Shown piece after piece: positions 39,169 to 50,789 of a DNA stretch of 64,000 bases. Location of the stretch: contig CAVXYC010000018.1 of assembly GCA_963765765.1 (NCBI GenBank), positions 64,001 to 128,000 on the forward strand, in the 5' to 3' direction. Origin of the DNA: an uncultured Chloroflexia bacterium (GTDB lineage: Bacteria; Chloroflexota; UBA6077; JACCZL01). The position numbers and the translations under genes are program-made. The notes below the pieces were generated by a model. The model had not been told where the DNA came from and did not search any database. It was given only the letters and a program-made list of their open reading frames with translations. Every line of letters begins with the position of its first letter. The first letter of the stretch is position 1.

Positions 39169-39577
39169 CTACGAGGACGCATCGGACTCATACGGCTCCA
39201 CGTGCTCTTCCTCATTCGCATCATTCCGCGCTGCTAGCGCCCGCGCTTCTTCGGTCTGGCTGAGGTTAAACGGCTGGTGCGGGACACCCGCCGGGATGAA
39301 CAGGAAATCACCGGGCTCGGTAGATGATCGACTCCTGCAGTCCCTCGCCATATTTCGTCTCGACGCGGCCAGACAGCATGTAGATGGCGGTCTCGTACCC
39401 GACGTGGCGATGCGGAGCCGCCTTGCCACCCGGCGGGATGACGATGAGCTTGAGGGACAGCCCGTTGGCACCAACGGTATCCGCGGAGACACCGACGAAC
39501 CCAGGCAGGCCCTGCTTGGAGACCGTCTGCGTCGACGGTCGCACCCGTACGACGGTGGGCTCGGATGATGTCCGCAT
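39169..39577 (-). CDS. Cupin domain protein, frameshift near 39320
   Basis: PHRHVGYETAIY, then PGDFLFIPAGVPHQPFN. Confidence 0.83.
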
Positions 39578-39849
39578 GGTGGGCTCCTTCTAGCGCGAGG
39601 AACTGCTGGAATCATCGCACAAGTCAGCGTCGCGTCTCACCCGTGTTCGTAGTGAGTCGCTTTAGCGCTCCACCCATAGCGCCATTCAGGACTGGAGCGG
39701 CTAAAGCGACTCACTACGAACACATCAGCGCACAAAAACTGGTCCAATCTTTGTGCGCGGAAACCGGGAATGCTGCGTCCACCCCTTGGTTAGGCTTTGG
39801 TAGTCCGCACGGGACGACCCGTGTCAATCGCTGCAAAAGGGAGTACGCA

Positions 39850-40590
39850 GTGGATTTCAAGGCCAAGTGGGAAGAGTTCCTGACTGAGCGTGACATGGAG
39901 CATATGAAGTCCTGGGGCAAAAAGGACGACTGGGGTTTTGGCAATCGCCCCGCGCTGCTGGTTGTTGACGACTATTACAGCGTGCTCGGGACGGAGCGGG
40001 AGCCGATTCTGGAGTCCATCAAGAAGTGGCCGATGAGCTGCGGCCTGGAAGGCTGGGAAGCGATCGACAAGACAGTCGATCTCATTGCCGGCGCCCGCGA
40101 AGCGGACGTGCCGGTCATCTATCTGCATGGTACCGAGGGCAAGCCGCTGGGACACTGGGCGGGACGCATCACCAGCCAGAAGCGCGAGCGTCGAAGCCTG
40201 GACCACCTGCCACCGGAGATCCGAGCCAAGGCCAATGAGATCGTCGCGGAGATCGCGCCGCAGCCAGGCGATCTGGTCATCGAAAAGGCAGCTGCCAGCG
40301 GATTCCACGGCACGCCGCTGCTCTTCCAGCTCAACTATCTCGACATCGATACCGTCATCACGTGCGGCGAGACCACCAGCGGCTGCGTTCGCGCATCGGT
40401 CGTGGATGGCGCCACCTATCGCTTCAACATGGGCGTCGTCGCCGATTGCTGCTTCGATCGAACTGAAGCCTCCCACTGGATCAATCTCTTCGATATGCAC
40501 CAGAAGTACGCCGACGTCATCAACCTTGACCTGGCGCTCGAGTACTTCGCATCGGTCGGTTCGAAGAAAACGATGATGGCGACCGTTTAG
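39850..40590 (+). CDS. Isochorismatase-family cysteine hydrolase (maleamate / N-carbamoylsarcosine amidase-like)
   Basis: GFGNRPALLVVD, K..ASGFHGT, GETTSGCVRASVVD, KYADV. GTG start after GGGAG. Confidence 0.88.
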   Translation: MDFKAKWEEFLTERDMEHMKSWGKKDDWGFGNRPALLVVDDYYSVLGTEREPILESIKKWPMSCGLEGWEAIDKTVDLIAGAREADVPVIYLHGTEGKPLGHWAGRITSQKRERRSLDHLPPEIRAKANEIVAEIAPQPGDLVIEKAAASGFHGTPLLFQLNYLDIDTVITCGETTSGCVRASVVDGATYRFNMGVVADCCFDRTEASHWINLFDMHQKYADVINLDLALEYFASVGSKKTMMATV

Positions 40591-40660
40591 GTCGGTTCGT
40601 AGCTCCTTGAACAGCGCCGCGCCTCACAGCCGGCGCTGTTCACACATTAGGGATGTGTTG

Positions 40661-42310
40661 ATGTTTCAGCGTTCGTTTGTTAAGTCCATGGTTCTCATAG
40701 GCGCCACCGCCGCACTCTCATTGAGTCTGGCCTGTGGCAGCTCCAGGCCTGCCAGCTCGCCCACGGCCGAGCAGAAGGCGGCCACAGGGAGCAGCGCGGG
40801 GAGCGCGCCGGGATCCACCGCTCCAACGTCGGCGCCCGCCGATGCGAAGCTGGCAGCAAGCCAATCGCTGAAGGTGCGCTTCTACGACGATCCGTCCGGG
40901 TTCGATCCGGCCACGCTCTTCCGCATCGAGACAGAGAACATCGCGTTCAACATTTACAGCGGTCTGACCACGTACGACAGCAAGACCGCCAAGATCATCC
41001 CGGACCTCGCGGAGTCCTGGGAGACAACTCCGGACGGCAAGACCTGGACGTTCAAGCTTCGCAACGGTGTCCAGTGGCAGAAAGGCTTTGGCGAGCTCAC
41101 CTCGGCGGACGTGAAGTACTCATACGATCGGATGATGAGCGCCGAGACGGCCTCACCGTACCGAGCCGAGTTCAACAACGTCGAGGCGATCTCCACACCC
41201 GATCCGCTGACCGTAGTGATTGCCCTCAAGAATCCCGATGGCAACTTCCTCCATCAGGTAGCGAACTACCACCAGGGCCAGGTGGTGAAGAAGGAAGCGG
41301 TGGAGAAAGCGGGCGATCAGTACAAGTGGAACCCCGTCGGCACGGGACCGTTTGCGCTGGAGAGCTACACACCCGGCGCACAGATTGTCCTCACACGGCA
41401 TGATGGCTACTTCCGCGGCCCCGCGAAACTGGAGAAGATAACCTTCCCGATCATCAAGGACGACGAGACGGCGGCCATAGCTCTCCAGAACGGTGAGATT
41501 GACCTGGCCATGCGCGTCGCCGTGCAGGAGAGTCTGGCCCGCCTCGAGAAAGACGACCGATTTACGCTCAACAAGGCCGGCGGCGGAATCTCGCTCACGA
41601 TGTTCAACCCCGCGCATCCACCGTTTGCCGATGCACGCGTGCGCAAGGCGTGGGCACATGCGATCGATCGACCGGCGGTCATCAAGGCCACCACGCCGTA
41701 TACCAGCGCGCCGTTTGGCAACCTGGTGAATGACTGGATGGACATATACGCGAAGGACGCACCTCAGTATGAGTACAACCCCGACAAGGCCAAGCAGCTC
41801 CTGAGCGAAGCCGGATTCGCGGGTGGATTCACCGCTAAGAACCTGACCACTTCAGCCACTGGCGTGACGGAGGCACTGCAGCTCGACAAGTCGTACCTGG
41901 CCAAGGTAGGCATCAACCTGGACTTCGAGCTCGTGGATACGCCGACGTTCAATCAGCGCCGCAATCAGGCGGACTTCCAGGTGGCAACACGGCTGTTGCC
42001 GGCGATGAATCCAGACACCATCCTGTTCAGCTATCTGCACCCGGACAACTTTGCGCCCAAGGGGTTGAACTCAGCGAAATACAACAATCCTGAGCTGACC
42101 TCCAAGCTGGAAGCTGCACGGGCAGAGACGGATCCGGCTAAGCGCATCACCCTATACGCCGATGTGCAGAAGATCGCCCTGACAGATCTCCCGTACGCGC
42201 CCAACTCCGTCTCGATGGTGTACTGGCCCGGCTACAAGTGGGTGGACGGCGTAGCCATCAATCCGCTCAGCCAGGTCAACTTCTACGACGTGCGGATGCT
42301 GGCGCACTGA
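40661..42310 (+). CDS. Peptide/nickel-type ABC substrate-binding lipoprotein (family 5)
   Basis: Lipobox SLAC, PDLAESWE, TFKLR, ADVKYS, PVGTGPF, DARVRKA. Confidence 0.93.
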   Translation: MFQRSFVKSMVLIGATAALSLSLACGSSRPASSPTAEQKAATGSSAGSAPGSTAPTSAPADAKLAASQSLKVRFYDDPSGFDPATLFRIETENIAFNIYSGLTTYDSKTAKIIPDLAESWETTPDGKTWTFKLRNGVQWQKGFGELTSADVKYSYDRMMSAETASPYRAEFNNVEAISTPDPLTVVIALKNPDGNFLHQVANYHQGQVVKKEAVEKAGDQYKWNPVGTGPFALESYTPGAQIVLTRHDGYFRGPAKLEKITFPIIKDDETAAIALQNGEIDLAMRVAVQESLARLEKDDRFTLNKAGGGISLTMFNPAHPPFADARVRKAWAHAIDRPAVIKATTPYTSAPFGNLVNDWMDIYAKDAPQYEYNPDKAKQLLSEAGFAGGFTAKNLTTSATGVTEALQLDKSYLAKVGINLDFELVDTPTFNQRRNQADFQVATRLLPAMNPDTILFSYLHPDNFAPKGLNSAKYNNPELTSKLEAARAETDPAKRITLYADVQKIALTDLPYAPNSVSMVYWPGYKWVDGVAINPLSQVNFYDVRMLAH

Positions 42311-42313
42311 GCC

Positions 42314-42385
42314 GAAGTCATGAGTCATGAGTGATGAGTGGATCGTCCTCGGAACTCGCACTCATGACTCATCACTCATGACTTT
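42314..42385. repeat. Inverted heptamer (TCATGAG-like) repeat hairpin
   Basis: AGTCATGAGTCATGAGTGATGAGTG ... CACTCATGACTCATCACTCATGACT between the SBP and permease genes. Confidence 0.7.
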
Positions 42386-42428
42386 CGCTCGATCCGATCG
42401 CTCATCACATCTAGAGGATTTCTCGTAA

Positions 42429-43377
42429 ATGACCCTGTACATGACCCGACGCTTTGGTCAGCTCATACCGACGGTGCTCGGTATCGTGACCCTGGTGTTT
42501 CTCATGCTGCGGATGCTGCCGGGCGATCCGGCCGCGTTTATCGCGGGTGAAACCGCCGGTGAGGAAGCGCTTCAGGCCTTGCGCGAACAGCTCGGACTGA
42601 ACAAGCCGATGCTGCAGCAGTACACGGATTACGTATCCAACGTGCTCCAGCTCGACTTTGGTCGTTCAATCGTGAACGGTCTGCCGGTCCTGCAGCTCGT
42701 GGCGGGGGCCATGCCGGTCACACTCATCGTGGGGTTCATGAGCCTCATTGTGGGGTTTGTTCTGGCGGTTCCGCTGGGCACCGTGGCGGCATACCTGGCA
42801 TCGCGCGGGAAGACCGCGTTGGACCAGGGCCTAATCACCACCGCCATGTTCATCGACACCATGCCGTCGTTCTGGATTGGTCTCCTGCTGATGCTGCTGC
42901 TCACGCTGCAGCTTCGATGGCTGCCCGCCACAGGCACTCTGGACTACGGCGATCCCGATCGGAGTGATGAGGCGCCTGGCGCTGCCGGTCATCGTGCTGG
43001 CCATTGGACAGCTTGCCACCGTCGCGCGGATCACCCGAACCGCCGTGCTGGAGGTGATGAATGAGGACTACATACGGACGGCGCGCGCACTGGGCACCAG
43101 CGAGCTGACCATCCTGTTCAAGAACGCGCTGCCGAACGCTGCGCTTCCGGTAGTCACGGTGGCGGGACTCAGCTTCGGTCGCCTGCTGGGCGGCACCATC
43201 ATCGTCGAATCGATCTTTGCGCTACCGGGCATGGGCACGCTGTTGGTCAACGGCATCAACGGGCGCGACTATCCCGTGGTGCAGGGAGCCGTGCTGTTGT
43301 ACGCCTCGCTGTTCATCCTGGTGAACTTGATCACCGACCTTCTCTACACCCGCGTGGATCCGAGAGTGAGCTTATGA
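42429..43377 (+). CDS. ABC permease DppB/OppB-like, frameshift near 42960
   Basis: LPGDPA, LDFGRS, EDYIRTARALG, VESIFALPGMG, RDYPVVQG, DPRV. Confidence 0.9.
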
Positions 43378-44276
43378 GTCAAAGCGCCGCGACACTGAGC
43401 ATTCCCGCCCGTGCGGAGCGACGATCTGGACGATTCGGGTTTAAGCTGCCGTTACCTACGATCATCCGTGACAACCCTCTGATTGCCGCAGGGCTTGCGC
43501 TGCTGCTTCCGATCGTGATCCTTTCATTCATCGCCCCGGTGCTTCCCTTACCGGACTATCTGGAGACCAATCCGTCGCTCGCCATGAACCCACCGTCGGT
43601 TGAATCGCCGTTTGGGACGGACAAGCTCGGTCGAGACATTCTGAGCCGCACACTGGCGGGCGCTCGCATCTCGCTGACCGTCGGATTCTCGGTGGCCATT
43701 ATCGCCGTGGGTCTGGGTATTGTGATCGGCACGGTCTCGGTATTCGCGGGTCGCGTCGTTGACACGGCCATCATGACCGTGACGGACATTCTTCTTTCCT
43801 TCCCGGGCCTACTCCTGGCAATTGCCCTGGTGGCATTCTTCGGCGCGGGCGTTGTGCAGGTGATTGCCGCCATCGTCATTGCGGATCTTCCGCGAGCGGT
43901 CAGGTTGCAACGCTCGCTGGCGTTGGAGCTCAAGAGCCGATCGTTCATCGATGCAGCGCGGATGGTCTCCGCGCCAACCTGGTGGATTCTCATTCGTCAT
44001 GTGATTCCCAACGCCGTTGCCCCCATGCTGGTGGTGGCCAGTATCTACGCGGCAAACGCCATCGTCGTGGAAGCCAGCCTGAGCTTTCTGGGACTCGGGA
44101 TCATTCCGCCCCAGCCATCGTGGGGCAACCTGATCCGTGAGGGTCAGCGCTACCTGCTGGACGGCCCGTGGATCTCTACGTTCCCAGGTATCGTCTTGTT
44201 GGTCGTGGCTATTGGGCTGCACCTGATTTCTGACGGCATCCGTGCACGGCTCGATCCGAGTCTCAGGATCCGCTGA
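43374..44276 (+). CDS. ABC permease DppC/OppC-like
   Basis: FGTDKLGRDILSR, FIDAAR, HVIPN, EASLSFLGLG, PSWG. Confidence 0.93.
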   Translation: MSQSAATLSIPARAERRSGRFGFKLPLPTIIRDNPLIAAGLALLLPIVILSFIAPVLPLPDYLETNPSLAMNPPSVESPFGTDKLGRDILSRTLAGARISLTVGFSVAIIAVGLGIVIGTVSVFAGRVVDTAIMTVTDILLSFPGLLLAIALVAFFGAGVVQVIAAIVIADLPRAVRLQRSLALELKSRSFIDAARMVSAPTWWILIRHVIPNAVAPMLVVASIYAANAIVVEASLSFLGLGIIPPQPSWGNLIREGQRYLLDGPWISTFPGIVLLVVAIGLHLISDGIRARLDPSLRIR

Positions 44277-45292
44277 TGCAGACCAATCAGGATCCGGTCC
44301 TCTCCGTTCAAGGACTCACCACAAGTTTCGCGTCTCGTCGTGGCGAGGTTGAAGCCGTCAGCGAGGTCTCATTCTCCATTGCTCGCGGAGAGCGACTCGC
44401 CATCGTAGGAGAAAGTGGCTCGGGCAAGAGCACGCTGGCGCTCTCGTTACTCAAGCTTCTGCCGCGCGCGGGACGCATCTCCGCGGGCCGCGTGTTACTC
44501 AACGGCCATGACGTGATCGCGATGAAGGAAGACGAGCTGCGTCATATACGCGGGAAAGACGTCGGCGTCGTGTTCCAGGACCCCATGACTTCGCTCAATC
44601 CCGTGATCCGCGTACGCGACCAGTTGGTGCCACCGATCCGGCGGCACCTCGGTCTGTCAAGTGGCGCCGCCACCGAGCGCGCAATCGACCTGCTCGCGCA
44701 GGTCGGCATACCTGATCCAGCAACGCGAATCACTGCCTACCCACATGAGCTGAGCGGCGGCATGCGCCAGCGCGTGCTCATCGCGATGGCGCTCTCATGT
44801 GGTCCAGACCTGGTGATTGCAGACGAGCCCACGACGGCGTTGGACGTCACCATCCAGGCGCAGGTCGTCGCACTACTGAAGAACCTGGCCGAGCATTCCG
44901 GAACGTCGGTTCTTTTCGTCACGCACGACTTCGGCCTGGTCGCAAGATTCGCTCATACCATCGCCGTCATGTACGCGGGTCGCATCGTGGAATACGGACC
45001 CTCTGAGCGTGTCTTCCGTCGACCGGAGCACCCATACACCCGGGCACTGCTCGAATCGATTCCGGCCATCACTGGCGCGAAACCAGACCAGCTGACACAA
45101 ATCGAGGGGACCCCTCCCGATCTCGCTCGGCTCGGATCGGGCTGTTCGTTCGCACCGCGTTGCACAAGGACCACCGATCGGTGCCTGAACCAGCGCCCCG
45201 ACCTCACACTGCGTGAAGCCGAGCACGTTGCCGCGTGCTGGGTGACCGCCGCATCACCATCGAAGGAGCGTGCCGTTGTCGCCGTCGCTTGA
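44276..45292 (+). CDS. ABC ATPase DppD/OppD-like
   Basis: [38 protein letters not shown] and C-terminal Cys cluster. Confidence 0.95.
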   Translation: MQTNQDPVLSVQGLTTSFASRRGEVEAVSEVSFSIARGERLAIVGESGSGKSTLALSLLKLLPRAGRISAGRVLLNGHDVIAMKEDELRHIRGKDVGVVFQDPMTSLNPVIRVRDQLVPPIRRHLGLSSGAATERAIDLLAQVGIPDPATRITAYPHELSGGMRQRVLIAMALSCGPDLVIADEPTTALDVTIQAQVVALLKNLAEHSGTSVLFVTHDFGLVARFAHTIAVMYAGRIVEYGPSERVFRRPEHPYTRALLESIPAITGAKPDQLTQIEGTPPDLARLGSGCSFAPRCTRTTDRCLNQRPDLTLREAEHVAACWVTAASPSKERAVVAVA

Positions 45293-46307
45293 AGCTCCCG
45301 TACGTCCGATCGCCGAGGCCAGCGTGGCCGCGGTGCCGTTCTCATCGCTCGAGGTGCGCGGGCTGAAGAAGCACTTCATCAAGAAGTCCATGATTCCCTG
45401 GGAGCCGACGGTTAACATCCGCGCCGTAGACGGCGTGGACTTCATCGTGTCGCCCGGCCAGGTCGTAGGCCTCGTGGGCGAAAGCGGCTGCGGCAAGACC
45501 ACGCTCGGCCGCATGCTGGTCCGGCTCGAGGATCCGACCGAGGGCGAGATTCTTTTTGATGGCGTCGACCTGGCGAAAATGCGCGGTCAGCCCCTGAAGG
45601 AGTTCCGCCGTCGAATTCAGATGATCTTCCAGGATCCGTACTCGTCGCTCGACCCGCGCATGAAGATCCATGAAAGCGTGGCGGAGCCGCTTACGGTTAA
45701 CGGCATAGGGTTGGCATCTGAACGAGTTGAGCGCTCAAAGATGCTGCTGGAGCAGGTCGGGTTGGATGCGACCTTTGCCGATCGCTACCCCAGCCAGCTC
45801 AGCGGCGGTCAGCGTCAGCGTGTGGTGATCGCACGCGCACTGGCACTGGGGCCGGCAGTCATCGTGGCAGACGAGCCCACCGCCTCCCTGGACGTATCAG
45901 TCCGCGCGCACGTCATCAATCTGCTGAGGGATCTTCAGAGAAGTAACGGGCTCAGCTTTGTTTACATCTCACACGATCTCTCGACTGTTCGGTACATCTG
46001 CGACACGATCAATGTCATGTACCTGGGGAAGATCGTGGAGCAGGGTCCATCGGAAGAGTTGTTCCAGCGGCCGCTTCATCCGTACACGCAGGCGCTACTC
46101 TCCGCCGTGCCTGTGCCGGACCCGGTTCTGGAGGCGCAGCGTGAACAAAAGCTCGTCGGAGGCGAGCTGCCCAGTCCAGCCAACCCGCCCCCCGGCTGCG
46201 CCTTCCACACCCGCTGCCCTATCGCCATATCCCGCTGCCGCGAAGAAGCCCCGGCTCTGAGGATGTATGGGCCCCGGAGGAGTGCGGCGTGTCATCTGGT
46301 GGAGTAG
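45270..46307 (+). CDS. ABC ATPase DppF/OppF-like
   Basis: [40 protein letters not shown]. Confidence 0.95.
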   Translation: MPLSPSLEAPVRPIAEASVAAVPFSSLEVRGLKKHFIKKSMIPWEPTVNIRAVDGVDFIVSPGQVVGLVGESGCGKTTLGRMLVRLEDPTEGEILFDGVDLAKMRGQPLKEFRRRIQMIFQDPYSSLDPRMKIHESVAEPLTVNGIGLASERVERSKMLLEQVGLDATFADRYPSQLSGGQRQRVVIARALALGPAVIVADEPTASLDVSVRAHVINLLRDLQRSNGLSFVYISHDLSTVRYICDTINVMYLGKIVEQGPSEELFQRPLHPYTQALLSAVPVPDPVLEAQREQKLVGGELPSPANPPPGCAFHTRCPIAISRCREEAPALRMYGPRRSAACHLVE

Positions 46308-46814
46308 AGTCGGGAGTCAGCCGCTTGAAGCACTGCGAGTCCCTCACCTAACCCTCTCCCAGGAGTGTGACGCAGATACTCACACGAGGTCCTCCCTTTG
46401 GGCGTGGGTTAGGACGAGGGACTCGCTATGTCACTCGGAGGCCAACGAAACCCCCGCCTTTGAAATTTCGATGAGCACGCGCGCGGTATTGCCAGGCAGC
46501 GTGAGTCGGAGAAACGCTGAGAATCTGAATGCCGCGACTCGCTACGCAGGACGATCGATGCTGATAAGCGCTTTGCATTCCAGCCAACATGCTGTTCACG
46601 AAGCAGCACGAAGTCTGCAAGTGTCAGTGCAGCTGGCAGTAGAAATGCAGACCTGTAATGGACTTGCACGGAGTTCTTCCTGCGGAATTTCGAGATCGGC
46701 GAGTTGACCTGCGCGGCTAATTCTGCGGTCACAGGCATCCGTGGTACACAGCCTCCAAGACAGCGCGCTTCCGACGCTCGCGTATGCACTTCCATCGCAG
46801 CACCGATGACGGCG

Positions 46815-47708
46815 CTAAGGACTCAGGATCCCTCTCTTCTTATCTGTGTGAATCTGCGTCTGCAATCTGATCCGGATAAGCATCTCCGCGGTAGAGATCC
46901 GAGCGAGAACTACGACCAGCAGCGCCTTATACCTCTCCGGCAGCTCGATCTTGCCTTCGTCGATCTCGCGGAGGCGCTCGTCGCTGAGGACATGGCCGAA
47001 TTGGTCATTCCGCATGCGGACGCGTTGCTTGGAGATGGCTTCAACCATGTCCTTCGCGAGTGCCCACTGTTCGTCCGTCCAGTCGCCCCGCTCCAGGCCG
47101 CTGGCGCCCTGCTCGGCATGCTCGATCTCGTCCTCGTAGACGCCGCGGCAGGCCCTGGCAATGAGGTCGTGCAGCTCATCGCCGCCCACCTGCATCCCCT
47201 CATAGTAAAGGGACGCTCCGCCGCCCTCGCAGAAGGATGATGCAAAGCGAGCAAGCGCGCCGTGCTCCTCGGCCAAGGAGCTACGTAGCTCTCGTAATCG
47301 GCCCTCTTCGGGCACTTCGTACTGTGCCAGCTCCTCGGTCGTCATCTTCTCGCCCGTGAGGTAGTCGACCACGTCCGCGAAGAGCTGGTAGTGGCGGAAC
47401 TCTTCTTCCAGGAATTGGATCTTGTGGAGGAAATCGTGCCGATCAACGCCGTGCTCCAGCATGTCGTAATCATTCTTGAGCTCGTTGATCAGGCGAATGA
47501 TGATGCCGTTGGGGCGTGGCTGAAGCTCCTTGTACGCTTGCATGCGCAGCCACCGAAGATGCTCGTCCTTGCTGCGTGGCTGACTGAAGAACGTGCGAGT
47601 CACTTCCGCTTCCCCCGCCCACCAGCGAGATGCGAATTCGGTGAGCTCATTGCGGCGCTTTCGGGCTCGGATCTCATCCACTTTGATGCCTCCAGACGTC
47701 ATTGCCAA
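46815..47708 (-). CDS. Ferritin-like (di-iron carboxylate) protein of unknown function; 3' end uncertain
   Basis: All-helical, with EEEFRH and EDEIEH ExxH pairs plus candidate ligands YKE and FCEG. Confidence 0.72.
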   Translation of the reverse strand: MAMTSGGIKVDEIRARKRRNELTEFASRWWAGEAEVTRTFFSQPRSKDEHLRWLRMQAYKELQPRPNGIIIRLINELKNDYDMLEHGVDRHDFLHKIQFLEEEFRHYQLFADVVDYLTGEKMTTEELAQYEVPEEGRLRELRSSLAEEHGALARFASSFCEGGGASLYYEGMQVGGDELHDLIARACRGVYEDEIEHAEQGASGLERGDWTDEQWALAKDMVEAISKQRVRMRNDQFGHVLSDERLREIDEGKIELPERYKALLVVVLARISTAEMLIRIRLQTQIHTDKKRGILSP

Positions 47709-47848
47709 AGCTTCGGCAATTGATCAATTGCCATGTTGCATCCATAGTAAGCTGGCTCAGTTGTAAGGCGCCACGAGCAAATTCATCATCTATACTGGCC
47801 TCAATTCGTGATTCCACGCTGGACGGAACGCTCAACGGAGAACTTCCA

Positions 47849-49211
47849 ATGTTGACCCGCGACGACAACGAGATCTTGACTCGAGTAGGCCCCGGCACCC
47901 CGATGGGAGAGCTCATGCGCCAGCACTGGCAGCCAGTTCTCCTCTCCTCGGAGCTCCCACAACGGGACGGACCGCCATTGCGCGTGCGACATCTCAGCGA
48001 AGACCTGGTGGCGTTTCGCGATACTGACGGTCGCGTTGGCCTGGTTGCGGAAAACTGCCCGCATCGCGGCGCTTCGCTCTTTTTCGGTCGCAATGAAGAA
48101 GCAGGACTCCGCTGCGTCTACCACGGGTGGAAATTCGACGCTTCCGGCGCATGCGTCGACATGCCCAACGAGCCGTCCGGAGAGCAACTTCAAGCACAAA
48201 GTAAAGGTCACCGCCTATCCCTGCCAGGAGCGCGGCGGGGTTATCTGGGCATATATGGGCCGCGCGGCCGAGCTTCCGTCGCTGCCTGACCTGGAGTGGA
48301 ACATGGTTCCGGAAAGCCACGTATACCTCAGCAAGCGCGTGGCCCAGAACAACTTTATGCAGTCGTTGGAAGGCGAGATCGACTCCAGTCACTCGGGCTT
48401 CCTCCACTCACTTATTGAGGAGGAAGCAAACTACGACACGATGAGCCTGCATCGCCGGCCCAACGCCATGCCCGATAGCAAGGGCATGTACTACAAGATG
48501 AAGGATCGGCACCCTCACTTCGAATCGCTACACACCGATTACGGCGTGATGATCGGTGCGCGAAGGAAGGCCGAGGAAGATTCCTGGTACTGGCGTATCA
48601 CCCAGTTCCTGATGCCGTTCTATACGATCATCCCACCGTACGGTCAGGATCCGTCATTCAGCGGCCACGCCTGGATTCCGATGGACGACGAACACGTGGT
48701 GTGCCTGTGCTTCACCTACCACCCCACCAAGCCGCTGACCGAGAAGCATCTGGAGAATCTGCGAAACGGCCGACTCGGGCTCCAGGGCCTACACCCGACC
48801 GTGGATGCATTCCTGCCGACAACGAGCCGCCCCGCCGGGGCCTGGTGGCCGAAGATCAATCGCGACAATGACTTCATGCAGGACTGGGATCGCCAGAAGC
48901 ACGTCGCCTTCTCAGGCCTGCCCGGCACGTGGCCGCAAGATTCCGGCTGCCAGGAGACGATGGGACCGATCTACGACCGCACCAAAGAACGATTGGGCAC
49001 GAGCGACACCGGCATCATCCAGGTTCGCCGACGACTCATCCAGGCCGCCAAGGAGCTGCGCGATACGGGCGAGGAGTCGCGCGAAACTCGCAATCCTCAG
49101 TCCTACGCAATCCGCTCCGCGGCTGTAGTGCTGCCACGCAAGGAGCACTGGGTGGAAGCCGCTGCCGAGTATCTCAGGGTCACGCCTGGTGTGAATTTCG
49201 CGGCGGCGTGA
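47849..49211 (+). CDS. Rieske aromatic oxygenase alpha subunit (phthalate 4,5-dioxygenase/LigXa-like), frameshift near 48177
   Basis: MLTRDDNEILTRVGPGTPMGELMR, CPHRGASL, CVYHGW, EGEIDSSHSGFLH, QDSGCQE, LGTSD. Confidence 0.9.
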
Positions 49212-49229
49212 CTCGATGGCTGCCACTCT

Positions 49230-50090
49230 ACTGGGACCGCCGACATCCTGTCGGCCCGGCCCCTGAGGGCTGCCTTAGGTTGCCACTACCACGATTGACA
49301 GGCGTGTTCGCCGGCGGCCCTTGTGGGCCGGGCCCACAAGATGTCGGGGCCCCGGTGAGGCGATGACGATTCAATCAACGCCGCACCTGGGCTGGCACAG
49401 TCGAGGCTATCTCTCGCATCTCGACGAACCGGGACGCGTGCAAGTGATCATCTATCGTCTGGCCGATTCGCTGCCGCGGCGCTTGGTCCATTCTTGGGCA
49501 GAGGATCTTCAGAACCTGGCCCCCAGCATGGCGCGCACTGAATTATCAACGCGAGTCGCAGATGCGCTTGATCGAGGACTTGGTGCCTGCTGGCTGCGGC
49601 AATCAGAAATCGCGGAGATCGTCGAACAGTCCCTCCTGCACTTCGACGGCCAACGTTATCGGCTAGTAGCTTGGTGCATCATGCCGAACCATGTGCATGC
49701 AATGATCTGGCCAATAGATGGATTCTCCCTGGACAGAATTGTTCAGTCCTGGAAATCATTTTCAGCCGTGCAATGCAACAAATGATTGCGACGATCAGGC
49801 ACTTTCTGGGCACGTGACTATTACGACCGATTCATTCGGAATGACGTGCATCTCGAACGAGCCGTGGATTACATCGAAAACAACCCTGTGAAGGCAGGAC
49901 TAGTTGACTCGCCTGAAAATTGGCCATGGTCAAGCGCCCGTCGTCGACGGGCCCCGTAGGCCGGGACGGCCGACATCTTGGCCACCCAGCACCCGAAGAG
50001 CCGCCTCGCGAAATCATTCCCGCCGGTGGCCGTGGAGGCCGGGACGGCCCTGCGAAGGGCCGGGGCCGACAGGATGTCGGCGGTCCCAGT
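49230..50090. mobile_element. REP-flanked RAYT (REP-associated tyrosine transposase) locus
   Basis: Perfect 28-bp inverted repeats at 49230-49257 and 50063-50090 (ACTGGGACCGCCGACATCCTGTCGGCCC), with degenerate inner copies near 49331 and 49961. Confidence 0.75.
49363..49959 (+). pseudogene. RAYT / IS200-like HUH transposase with in-frame TGA at 49783-49785
   Basis: WHSRGYL.H, YRLADSLP, IMPNHVH (HUH), SWKSFSA. In frame after the stop: FWARDYYDRFIRN...YIENNPVKAGLV..PENWPWSS. Confidence 0.85.
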
Positions 50091-50095
50091 GCGGC

Positions 50096-50789
50096 TTAGC
50101 TTCGCTTCATCCGATACAGCTTGATCGTCTGCCCGTGCTGCTGTGTCGGTAGGAGCTCGGGCTCGGCAACGATCAGCTTGGCCTGGCGTGCGAGCAGCGG
50201 GAAGCGCTCCGCGGCGCCGCGGCCTGGGTCGGCGATCCAGGCTTCACCTTCTGGATTGAGGTGACGCGGGTAGGAATCTCGCGACGGCGGGGGCGTTGCG
50301 CCACTCGTAGAGCACGTCCGCCCCGAGAATAAGGTCGAAGCGACCGCAGGGTGGCGGCTTTCGCCAATCTCCTACGATCATCCCGGTGGGCTCAGGTAGC
50401 CAGTCGTTAGCCAATACGCTAAGCGCGACGATCTCTAGCGCCCGCGGCTCCCAGTCGAAAAACGTCACTCTGGCGCCGCGACGAGCAGCCGCGAAGCCGC
50501 ATGGACCCAGTCCACAGCCCAGGTCGAGAACGGTGAGATCGTCCAGTCGCGGTCCCGATAGTACGTGCGCAACGAGTGACTCCGCGGAAGCCCAGATCGT
50601 CCCGAAGTACGGCATGCGCTCATCGCCGTCGTCGAACTCCTGCTGCGTCATAGCGTCAAGCGGCGCATCGGGATCTTGAAGCACCCACATGCCGAATGAA
50701 CGATCCGGTTCGGTAGAGGTTGGGGCGCTGAATTCGCGCCAGATGAGCTGGAACCCGGCTGCTACGGGTCCAAGCTCACCCGCAAGCAT
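50096..50789 (-). CDS. Class I SAM-dependent methyltransferase (Methyltransf_16-like), frameshift near 50270
   Basis: PYFGTIWAS, VLDLGCGLG, FDLILGADVLYE. The alternative frame continues WIADPGR to TAA at 50096. Confidence 0.83.

Noticed and set aside
38810-48190. Programmed frameshift, since two Rieske genes shift right after MPNEP
   Set aside because: One needs a base added and the other a base removed, there is no slippery heptamer, and the window has many similar indels.
49783-49785. In-frame TGA in RAYT as selenocysteine or genetic-code reassignment
   Set aside because: It is not at a conserved Cys position, and TGA is used as a normal stop by many genes in the window.
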